A program made the translations under genes and the position numbers. The notes under the pieces are model-generated. The model was not told where the DNA came from and ran no database searches. It saw only the letters and a list, made by a program, of their open reading frames with translations. Positions 38,188-46,424 of a stretch of DNA of 51,600 nucleotides are shown here, piece by piece (position 1 is the first letter of the stretch; the number at the start of each line of letters is the position of its first letter). The stretch comes from Candidatus Sericytochromatia bacterium (lineage in GTDB: Bacteria > Cyanobacteriota > Sericytochromatia > S15B-MN24 > JAQBPE01). The stretch spans positions 56,464 through 108,063 of the forward strand of contig JBBAPZ010000011.1 of assembly GCA_040400605.1 (NCBI GenBank), written 5' to 3'.

Positions 38188-39423
38188 GTGACAAGAATCA
38201 ATGGGCAGGTTTCGCCGGTAGCGCCCGTGGCGGGTAGTGGTCGTGGTGCGGCGCGGGGCAACCAGGCGGATCGCTTCATCAATGCGGCACTAACCGTTAA
38301 TGCGCAACCTCAACCAGAGGGCGCCAAGCCTGGGCCTGCGGATGGTTCCGGTTTGTTACAGCAGGCAGGCCAAGCAGCCGGGCGTAACTTGGAGGGCTCG
38401 GCTGCGGAACAGCAGAAGCTGGGGCGTCCGGTCGACTTAAAGGCGTTGCAGCCGGGCGATGTGGTGTTTAAGGGGCAGCCGGCGACGCAATCCGGGATTT
38501 ATGTGGGCAATGGCCAGGTCTTGCAGGCGCTGCAGGGAGGAGAGCCCGCGAAAATCGTTTCCGTGCAAGGCTTTGACCACGCACGTCGCTTGTTTGACGA
38601 GCCGGCACAGGCGATCGCCCCTCAACTGAATGGCGCGGTGCCGGCACCGCGCCATTCAGTTGAGGATTATCAGCCGATTCGCGGTAGTGGCTTGACCTTG
38701 GGACCCGATGTGGAGGAAGAGGGTCGCCGGGAGCGGGCCGCTGCCCGCGGCGGCGGTGGTAGCGGTGGTGGTGTGCCGCTTCGCGCCGGTGGCGGTGGTG
38801 GTGCAATTCCCACGGGTGGTGGAGGTGGCGGTGGGGGTGCGCCGGTACCGGCTTTGGGCGCCCCACCGCCCTTGCCTGCGGACTGGCGGTTTCCGCTGGG
38901 TCTTGAGGAGTTGGCGCGGGTTTTGAATGTGCCGGTGGCCGAGCTTCAGCAGAGTTTGCCGTATATTGTCCAAGCGATGAAGGAGGCTGGTATCACGGAT
39001 CCCAACGCGATTATCGGGGTTTTGGCCACGGTGAAGACCGAAGTGAGCAATTTCCAGCCGATTCGTGAGTATGCGAGTGGGCAGGATTACGAAGGGCGTG
39101 CCGATCTTGGCAATACCCAGCCCGGTGATGGCGTGCGTTTTAAAGGTCGGGGCTTCATCCAGATTACGGGGCGTGCGAATTATCGGGAGTATGGGCGCAA
39201 ACTGGGCATTGATCTGGAGGGCAATCCTGATCTCGCCCTGCGGCCCGACGTGGCGGCCAAGATTCTCGTGCAGTATTTCAAGGATCGCGGCTTGGACCAA
39301 AAGGCGGCTGCCGGTGATTGGTCTGCGGTGCGCAAGGGGGTCAATGGCGGCTTCAATGGGATGGATACTTTTATCGCGACAGTCAACAAGTTGACCGATG
39401 CGTCGCGTCAAAAGTTGGCCTGA
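38188..39423 (+). CDS. Degenerate NlpC/P60 domain + Gly-rich linker + GH19-family lysozyme/chitinase domain
   Basis: NlpC-like DGSGLL...LQPGDVVF...QSGIYVGNG...ARRL; GH19 motifs ATVKTE, YEGRADLGN...GDGVRFKGRGFIQITGRANY, VNGG. Start placed at GTG 38188 after GAGGGG. Confidence 0.85.
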   Translation: MTRINGQVSPVAPVAGSGRGAARGNQADRFINAALTVNAQPQPEGAKPGPADGSGLLQQAGQAAGRNLEGSAAEQQKLGRPVDLKALQPGDVVFKGQPATQSGIYVGNGQVLQALQGGEPAKIVSVQGFDHARRLFDEPAQAIAPQLNGAVPAPRHSVEDYQPIRGSGLTLGPDVEEEGRRERAAARGGGGSGGGVPLRAGGGGGAIPTGGGGGGGGAPVPALGAPPPLPADWRFPLGLEELARVLNVPVAELQQSLPYIVQAMKEAGITDPNAIIGVLATVKTEVSNFQPIREYASGQDYEGRADLGNTQPGDGVRFKGRGFIQITGRANYREYGRKLGIDLEGNPDLALRPDVAAKILVQYFKDRGLDQKAAAGDWSAVRKGVNGGFNGMDTFIATVNKLTDASRQKLA

Positions 39424-39515
39424 AGCGATCGCACCGGCAACCCCGGGGTGATTCTTTGCGATTGGTGTACCTTGGTCTTATACCGGGTATGGGGTTGTGA
39501 AGAGAAAGGTTAGGG

Positions 39516-40325
39516 GTGGGCGCGTTGCGGATTCTGGTTTCGAATGATGACGGCATAGGGGCGCCTGGGATTCAAGCGTTGGCTTTGGCGTTGGCGGATT
39601 GTCATGAGGTTTATGTGGTGGCGCCGGATCGCGAACGCAGTGCCACGGGGCACGCATTGACCTTGCATCGGCCGTTGCGGGCGGAACACTATGCGTTGGG
39701 CGAGAAGGTTCGTGCGGCTTGGGCCGTGAGCGGGACACCATCGGATTGCATCAAGCTGGCGCTGGGAACCTTGTTGGAGGCGCCGCCTGATTTGGTGGTG
39801 TCGGGCATTAACCGGGGCCCGAATTTAGGAACGGATGTCCTGTATTCCGGGACGGTGTCGGCAGCATTGGAGGCTGTAATCAATGGCGTGCCTGCGGTAG
39901 CTTTCTCATTGACCGCGTTTGTCGATGCCGGTTATGAGCCCTGCGCCGCGTTTGCGCGCGAATTGGTTGCGCAGTTGCCGATTGAAAATTTGCCGGAACA
40001 GTGTTTGCTCAATGTGAATTTTCCGTTTTTGGAAGCCGGTGGGGCTTACCAAGGGGTGCGGGTCACGCGTTTGGGACGGCGCAAGTATCGCGATCGCTTC
40101 GAGCACCGTACGGATTTGCGGGGGCGCACCTTTTACTGGTTGGCTGGCGAAGCCGAAGAGCAAGGCGAGCACCCGGAATCAGATGTCGTCGCCATTCAGG
40201 AAGGCTATGTGACCATCACCCCGATTCAGTATGATATGACTCGATATACCTTGATGGACGCTGTTCGTGAGTGGAATGTGCAACTGCAAAGTGAAGTAAC
40301 CGCGCAGCAACCAAGCGCCACATGA
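39516..40325 (+). CDS. surE: 5'/3'-nucleotidase SurE
   Basis: ILVSNDDG, VAPDRERSATGH, SGTPSDC, SGINRGPNLG, YSGTV. Confidence 0.96.
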   Translation: MGALRILVSNDDGIGAPGIQALALALADCHEVYVVAPDRERSATGHALTLHRPLRAEHYALGEKVRAAWAVSGTPSDCIKLALGTLLEAPPDLVVSGINRGPNLGTDVLYSGTVSAALEAVINGVPAVAFSLTAFVDAGYEPCAAFARELVAQLPIENLPEQCLLNVNFPFLEAGGAYQGVRVTRLGRRKYRDRFEHRTDLRGRTFYWLAGEAEEQGEHPESDVVAIQEGYVTITPIQYDMTRYTLMDAVREWNVQLQSEVTAQQPSAT

Positions 40326-40657
40326 TAGGACAGCGAAGCCGCGCTTGGTCCCGGGGCGTGTGACGCATTTGCGACACGCCACCGGGACGAATGGTGCTTG
40401 AAACGTCGTTAAGATGCTTGTTTGGGGCTGCTTCGCGTGCTAATCGAACCAGTTTCTTCTGTCGTTCGAATTTTTTCAACTGACGAAGCGATGACTGGGT
40501 TTTTGGGATGACGCGCGGTGAACTGCCCACATTTCCGTTTAACCGACGCCACCTGCCAGCTGCTTTGGGGTCAATCATTGTCTTGCGCTTGAAACTTGGG
40601 TTTGCGTGCGTGTTGGCCTAAGGTTGGGACGTGGTGTGTTTGAGCATGGAGGCCGCT

Positions 40658-41227
40658 ATGGGACAGGACAAATTCCCCAAACAAGGTAAAACCGGGACGA
40701 AGCGGCACGCGCGCGATCTCGCCGCATTGAACCGACCGTCATTCTCGATGCGGCGCACGGGGTTTCGAGAGGCAACACACGGGTATCGCGGCACGGTCAT
40801 TTGTGGCCGTTGTCACGCGATATGGGCCAGCAAGCACTGGCATCTGAATGAGCAGGAGTATCAGAGTCTGAACCGCACGGAGAGCATCACGCGGGTGATT
40901 TGCCCGGCGTGTCTGGCGGTGGAGCGTGCGGATTATGATGGGGTGGTGAATTTACAGAGTGATTTGATCCTGTTTGATGAAGCAGGTATTTTGGCGTTGA
41001 TTGATCGTGTAGAAGCGCAGACACGGCGCATCAACCCGATGGCGCGTATCGCAAGTTTGCATCTGAGTGGTGAACGCATCCTTATCACCACCATCACAAC
41101 CACACTCGCCGAACGCATCGCGCGCGAGATACAAAGGGCCTATGATGGCACCACGACCATCAGCTTGCAGGACCGTGCCCGTTTCGTACGGGTGGACTGG
41201 CATCGACCCGCAAGAGGTCTGCCCTGA
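40658..41227 (+). CDS. BCAM0308-family Zn-finger protein
   Basis: CGRCHAIW...WH, CPAC, NPMARI, TTTLAERIAREIQRAYDG, VRVDW; GGAGG SD before ATG 40658. Confidence 0.75.
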   Translation: MGQDKFPKQGKTGTKRHARDLAALNRPSFSMRRTGFREATHGYRGTVICGRCHAIWASKHWHLNEQEYQSLNRTESITRVICPACLAVERADYDGVVNLQSDLILFDEAGILALIDRVEAQTRRINPMARIASLHLSGERILITTITTTLAERIAREIQRAYDGTTTISLQDRARFVRVDWHRPARGLP

Positions 41228-41346
41228 CGCGGGCCGGCGTTTGGGATTCATTGAAGGTTGGGAGTGCCAAAAGAGGGTGCTACTGCCCGCAGCTTGGTGA
41301 GCGTTGAGTTTGCATCGCGGTTGCCCGGTGAACTTGGAAGCAGGCG

Positions 41347-42717
41347 TCAGGGTGATTGGGTGTCGCTTGGTTCGGCAGTGGGCATAACGTCGATGATAAG
41401 GCCCAGACGCTTGATGCGGTGGCCTTCCATTTGAAGAACTTCAAAGCGGGTGCTGTCGATGGTGACGTGGTCGTGCAAGAGCGGTTCGCGCCCCAATGCG
41501 CCGAAAACGAGGCCCGCCAAGGTATCGTAGTCTTCCGTTGCGAAATTCGTGCCGAAGCGATCATTGAAATCCGCAATCCGAAAGCCCCCATCGATGCGAT
41601 AATGTCCCGCTTTGACCAATTCGACATCGGGCACCGGTTCGTCAAACTCATCTTCAATCTCACCAACAATCTCTTCTAGCACGTCTTCAAGGGTCACCAA
41701 CCCTGATGTGCCCCCAAATTCGTCCATGACGATGGCAATTTGTGAACGGCCTTTCTTCAACTCGGTAAGCAATTCATCAACGGCCTTGCTTTCTGGCACG
41801 AACGGGACATCGCGCATCCACTTGCGCAACTGAAATGCACCGTCTTGCTGGTGACCCACGAAGTGGAACAGGTCTTTGGCATGAAAAACCCCCACCACGT
41901 GATCGACGTTGTCCTGGTAAATCGGGAAACGGGTATGGCCTTCCTCGCGAACAAACTTAACGACGTCCTCAAAGGAACTGTCTACCGGCAACCCTTTAAT
42001 GTCTGGCCGTGGAACCATGATTTCGCGCGCCACTTTGTCTGAAAACGCGAAGACCTTGTGTAGCATCTGCTGCTCTTGCGATTCCAGTAAGCCCACTTCG
42101 TGGCTGGCACTCACGATGCGTTTCAGTTCGTCTTCTGTGTACACCAAATGGTGCTGTGGCGCCGCCTCAATGCCGATGTGGTTCAGCATCCACTGTCCGG
42201 AGCGATTGAGCATCACGATGAACGGGGTGAAAAGCGTCGAAACCAGTTCGAGGGGCAAGGCAGTCAAGAGTACGGTCGCTTCGGTGCGCTGCAATGCAAA
42301 CGCTTTGGGAATGAATTCGCCAAGGACGATGTGCAAGTACGTGATGAGTAAAAAGGTGACGGCAGTGGCAATGGAATGCGCCACACCCACCACCGCCGTG
42401 CTTGCTTCCTCGTGGCTCAGGTAAGGCCAAAGCGTCTCAAAACCTTCCATGAAAATTTTGGCGACTGTGGGCTCAGCCACCCAACCCAAGGCCAGCGAGG
42501 CGAGGGTGATGCCGATCTGCGACGCAGACAGGAAACGATTGGGATCCTTTTGGGCACGCTGGATTATCTTGGCAATCCGATTGCCTTCTTCTACCAATTG
42601 CTCAATGCGGGTGGCCCGCATGGTGACAAGCGAAAATTCCGCAGCCACAAAAAAGCCATTGGTAGCAACCAACAGCAGTATTACCATGATGTTAAAGAAT
42701 GTAATCGCAGGATCCAT
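41347..42717 (-). CDS. Hemolysin-family CNNM/CBS/CorC Mg2+/Co2+ transporter
   Basis: NGFFVAAEFSLV, QIGITLASLALGW, GEFIPK, MVPRPDI, DEFGGTSGLVTLEDVLEEIVGEI, YDTLAG. Start approximate. Confidence 0.92.
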   Translation of the reverse strand: MDPAITFFNIMVILLLVATNGFFVAAEFSLVTMRATRIEQLVEEGNRIAKIIQRAQKDPNRFLSASQIGITLASLALGWVAEPTVAKIFMEGFETLWPYLSHEEASTAVVGVAHSIATAVTFLLITYLHIVLGEFIPKAFALQRTEATVLLTALPLELVSTLFTPFIVMLNRSGQWMLNHIGIEAAPQHHLVYTEDELKRIVSASHEVGLLESQEQQMLHKVFAFSDKVAREIMVPRPDIKGLPVDSSFEDVVKFVREEGHTRFPIYQDNVDHVVGVFHAKDLFHFVGHQQDGAFQLRKWMRDVPFVPESKAVDELLTELKKGRSQIAIVMDEFGGTSGLVTLEDVLEEIVGEIEDEFDEPVPDVELVKAGHYRIDGGFRIADFNDRFGTNFATEDYDTLAGLVFGALGREPLLHDHVTIDSTRFEVLQMEGHRIKRLGLIIDVMPTAEPSDTQSP

Positions 42718-42834
42718 ATTCAGGCGCTTGACACGCCACTTCAATCTCCCAACTGAGCAGGATACACCCCTGCTTGATAGTAACATGCATGGCTCGCAAG
42801 CCTCAACTTTGACCGTACCCGTCGATGTGTTGGG

Positions 42835-44061
42835 TTATGAGGGAAGTGATTTGCGTCGGCGGATGCCGATTGAGAGCAGCAGACCGATGGCTGTGCAGTT
42901 GGTGAGGAGGCTGGTGCCGCCGGCTGAGATGAAGGGCAACGGGATGCCGGTGACGGGCATGATGCCTGTGGTCATGCCCACGTTTACGAAGAAGTGAAAG
43001 AGCATCATGCTGATGATGCCGATCACGATCAAGCTGCCGAAGGGGTCGCGCACGCGCTCAGCGATCGCAACGCCGCGCCACGCCAACAACAAAAACAGGA
43101 TGATGACCAGAACACCACCCAAAAACCCAAGCTCTTCCCCAATCACCGAAAAAATGAAGTCGGTGTGTTGTTCCGGGATAAAATGCAGCTGCGTCTGTGT
43201 GCCTTCCAGGTAGCCTTTGCCGGTCAAGCCGCCCGAGCCGATGGCCACCTTGGACTGAATGATGTGATAACCCGAGCCGAGGGGATCGCCTTCCGGGTTC
43301 ATAAAGACCACCAAACGTTGCCGTTGATATGGCTTGAGCAGCCCCCACACCACTGGAATGGCATAGGCAAACGCGACGTTGAGACCCCACGCGAGTGTTT
43401 TGAGTGACCAGTGCAGCCGTAGCCAGCGGTAGAGCCACCAGGCGAGCCCAATCAGATAAAGCGTCCATAGCCACCCACTCCAGGCGTTGATGACCAGACT
43501 GATGATTGGCGAGATCAACGCAAACAGCAATGCAGCGGGTAAACCCGCCCAGATGAGCATCCCCAGTGTGATGGCGCCAAACACGAGACTTGTGCCGAGA
43601 TCAGGCTGCCTGAAAATCAACAGGGCGGGGATACCCACGTGCAACCCCACTTTCAGCAGGGTCTGTGGGTTGCGTGCAGGGGCCAGGCTCAGCACCCGCG
43701 CCAGTGTGACAATCAACGCCAGCTTTGCGAACTCCGACGGCTGAATGGTCATGAACCCGAGGTTGATCCACCGCTGGGCCCCCAACGCACTGTGACCGCC
43801 TAGCAGCACCCACGTCAACAAACTCAGATTCACCCAATAAATGACGTGACTGGCGCGGTACAACCAGGCATAGTCATATAGAACAAACAACAAAGCAGTC
43901 AGCGTCGCCGGTACGAGATACAGAAGCTGGCGTACGAATTCGCCATGCCCCACTTCGTGATGGGTCGCGCTGAATATCGCCGCAAGCCCCAACCCGATCA
44001 GGCATACAACCGTGATCAGCAAGGACCAGTCCAGCTGTCTCCACGCGTGTTTATCCAGCAC
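42835..44061 (-). CDS. rodA: Rod shape-determining SEDS protein
   Basis: GAQRWI, QPSEFAK, QPDLGT, GYHIIQSKVAIGSGG, PEQHTDFIFSVIGEE, GIPLPFISAGG. Start approximate. Confidence 0.93.
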   Translation of the reverse strand: MLDKHAWRQLDWSLLITVVCLIGLGLAAIFSATHHEVGHGEFVRQLLYLVPATLTALLFVLYDYAWLYRASHVIYWVNLSLLTWVLLGGHSALGAQRWINLGFMTIQPSEFAKLALIVTLARVLSLAPARNPQTLLKVGLHVGIPALLIFRQPDLGTSLVFGAITLGMLIWAGLPAALLFALISPIISLVINAWSGWLWTLYLIGLAWWLYRWLRLHWSLKTLAWGLNVAFAYAIPVVWGLLKPYQRQRLVVFMNPEGDPLGSGYHIIQSKVAIGSGGLTGKGYLEGTQTQLHFIPEQHTDFIFSVIGEELGFLGGVLVIILFLLLAWRGVAIAERVRDPFGSLIVIGIISMMLFHFFVNVGMTTGIMPVTGIPLPFISAGGTSLLTNCTAIGLLLSIGIRRRKSLPS

Positions 44062-44074
44062 AACCCTCAAACGC

Positions 44075-44671
44075 TCACTTGGTCCGGGTTTTGCGATCCG
44101 ACGCCACCTTGTGCGCGATATCCACGGCTTGACTGCCCGAATCCTCGGCGGCCCCATTCGCTGCAGCCTGCGTATCATCGCTTTGGCGCTCGTTCACCCC
44201 GTTGATACCCGCCACCTCACCTGCGCCATCCACCACGACTGTGGGCCAGACTGCCGCCGACAAGGCTTCCGGTGTCGCTTCTTCGGCTGCTGCAACCGCC
44301 GGTTCAGCAGCTGAGGCACGCTGTGCCGCCTCGTCCTGCAGCTTTGCCTTTAATTCCGCGAGACGCTGCGCCGCCGCGACGGCCGCCGCGGCCTCATCCT
44401 CGTTTTTGACCCGGCGAATGGGGATGTTCAGAACCAACCCAATGGCGCCCTGCTCTTTTTCGAGCTGGACTTCAAGTGCCGCCTGGTCAATGTCCACATA
44501 TTTGGTCAGTACCTCGATCATCTCCGCACGAATGGCCTCCATCATCGTGGCCGGAATATCCGTTCGGTCATGCATCAACACGAGACGCAAGCGATCCTTG
44601 GCCGCGTTGGCTGCGTTGCCGCTGTCGCCATTGCGACCAAACAGTCGGTCAAAGATAGATGCAAGGCCCAT
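44075..44671 (-). CDS. minE: Cell division topological specificity factor with a long C-terminal extension
   Basis: AKDRLRLVLMHDR...EVLTKYV...LNIPIRRV, plus ~100 extra Ala/Glu-rich residues. Confidence 0.9.
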   Translation of the reverse strand: MGLASIFDRLFGRNGDSGNAANAAKDRLRLVLMHDRTDIPATMMEAIRAEMIEVLTKYVDIDQAALEVQLEKEQGAIGLVLNIPIRRVKNEDEAAAAVAAAQRLAELKAKLQDEAAQRASAAEPAVAAAEEATPEALSAAVWPTVVVDGAGEVAGINGVNERQSDDTQAAANGAAEDSGSQAVDIAHKVASDRKTRTK

Positions 44672-44735
44672 GGTCTAAAAACCTCCGTAGTGGTTGCAGG
44701 AAGAAGGACTGGCCAGTTCGGACGCCCGGCGCGAC

Positions 44736-45560
44736 TCAGCTGAACAGACGCTTGAACCGCTCAAACAAGCCGTTCGAAGCTTCGAGATTCATAAAAGGAA
44801 CTTCCTCGCCACGCAAACGGCGCGCGATATTGATGTAGGCCTGCCCTGCACGCGAAGTCGGCTTCAACACCGCCGGCTCACCACGGTTGGTCGAGGTGAT
44901 GATCGATTCATCATCCGGCACGACACCCACCAGTTTCACACTCGTGCCAAGCACCTCCAAGACATCTTCCACACTCATCATGTCGCCGCCTGCGACCATT
45001 TTGGGCCGGATGCGGTTCACGATCAGCTGGTTGCGCGACACCCCGTGGGTCTCCAAAAATCCGATCACGCGATCCGCATCCCGTACTGAAGACACTTCGG
45101 GGTTGGTCACAATAATGGACTCGTCCGCCCGCGCGATGGCATTCTTGAAACCCTGCTCGATACCCGCAGGGCAGTCGATGAGCACGTATTGATACTCTGA
45201 CACCAGTTCATTAATAACCCACGTCATTTGCTCGGGGGTGATCGCACTCTTGTCCCGCGTCTGCGCCGCGGGCAAGAACGCCAGATTCGGCGATCGCTTG
45301 TCTTTAATCAACGCCTGCTTGATACGCGCACGGTTCTCAATCACATCCACCACGTTATAAACGATGCGATTCTCCAACCCCAAGACCAAATCCAGATTGC
45401 GCAAGCCAATGTCAGCATCCACCAACGCGACTTTCTCGCCCATCGCCGCCAACGCCATCCCAATGTTGGCGCTCGTCGTCGTTTTGCCGACGCCGCCCTT
45501 GCCTGATGTAACCACAATGACGCGGGATGACGCGGCAGTGGATTCGGTTTGCGCTGTCAT
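44736..45560 (-). CDS. minD: Septum site-determining ATPase
   Basis: TSGKGGVGKTT, DIGLRNLD, DCPAGIEQGF, SSVRDADR, C-terminal membrane helix LFERFKRLFS. Confidence 0.97.
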   Translation of the reverse strand: MTAQTESTAASSRVIVVTSGKGGVGKTTTSANIGMALAAMGEKVALVDADIGLRNLDLVLGLENRIVYNVVDVIENRARIKQALIKDKRSPNLAFLPAAQTRDKSAITPEQMTWVINELVSEYQYVLIDCPAGIEQGFKNAIARADESIIVTNPEVSSVRDADRVIGFLETHGVSRNQLIVNRIRPKMVAGGDMMSVEDVLEVLGTSVKLVGVVPDDESIITSTNRGEPAVLKPTSRAGQAYINIARRLRGEEVPFMNLEASNGLFERFKRLFS

Positions 45561-45601
45561 GATTGTCCTCTCGATAATCGGCAGTCCCGCTGACGGCCTA
45601 C

Positions 45602-46318
45602 CTAGTGCATATCCCGCAACGGAATGACGTGAATCTCAGCCCCATGAACCCGAGCCACCTCGGGATAGGCACTGGGCGCCTGCGACGCATGGTCCGGTCT
45701 ACGGGCAATGAAACCGGCAATCCGCAACTGCGTGGGCCGTAAACTCAATGCCACGATCTGACAGCCAGGATCGCCATTTGCTCCCGCGTGCGCGGTCCCC
45801 CTTAAAGTACCTAAAACGATAATGTCTCCATCCGCTGTGATCTCCGCACCGGAATTGACATCGCCACAGATAATCACCGTGCCGTCGTGGCGCAACGACT
45901 GGCCGGAACGAAAGTTTTGCTTCAGGTACAGCGCGTTGTGGTTGTACCGCATCGTATTTGGCTGCGGCGGCTCCGGCTTGGGTGCCACGGCGCCCGGGGC
46001 AGGCGGTAAACTCATTGCCGTCCAGAGTTCCAAACCATCCGCCGCCTGACGGGTGGCATCGTTCAGCGACAGAATGCCATGCAGCGACAAGCGATGATCG
46101 TTGCGCAATTCTTCACGCAACGCCTCCAATTGCGGGACATTCAGCGCCCGGCGGCCGAGATCCAGCAAGACCCGTTGTTCAGGCGCTATCGGCGTCAACT
46201 TCGCTAATTTCTCGTGGAGGTCCCGCGCAGCCACATACCACTCCAGATTGTCTGGAATGGTAATCAGCAGCCCGTTATCGGTTGTTGTGACTAAAACCTC
46301 TGGCAAGACGCTCACCAT
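45602..46318 (-). CDS. minC: Septum site-determining protein
   Basis: RSGQ, GDVNSGAEITADGDIIVLGTLRGTAHAGA, PTQLRIA; ATG 46318 after GGAG. Confidence 0.93.
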   Translation of the reverse strand: MVSVLPEVLVTTTDNGLLITIPDNLEWYVAARDLHEKLAKLTPIAPEQRVLLDLGRRALNVPQLEALREELRNDHRLSLHGILSLNDATRQAADGLELWTAMSLPPAPGAVAPKPEPPQPNTMRYNHNALYLKQNFRSGQSLRHDGTVIICGDVNSGAEITADGDIIVLGTLRGTAHAGANGDPGCQIVALSLRPTQLRIAGFIARRPDHASQAPSAYPEVARVHGAEIHVIPLRDMH

Positions 46319-46424
46319 TTCTGTCTCCGGGGCTCCCCACAGCGGAATGATTGGGACGCATTCTGCGACACCGTACCATTGTAGCGCTTTGCACAAGGCT
46401 TCCGCCACCGGGTCGGCTGACTTG

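Noticed and set aside
38188..39423. Prophage lysis cassette
   Set aside because: No holin, spanin, integrase or structural genes lie nearby; the flanks are a hypothetical gene and surE.
41347..42717. True hemolysin toxin
   Set aside because: The CNNM-CBS-CorC architecture indicates a divalent-cation homeostasis protein; the family name is historical.
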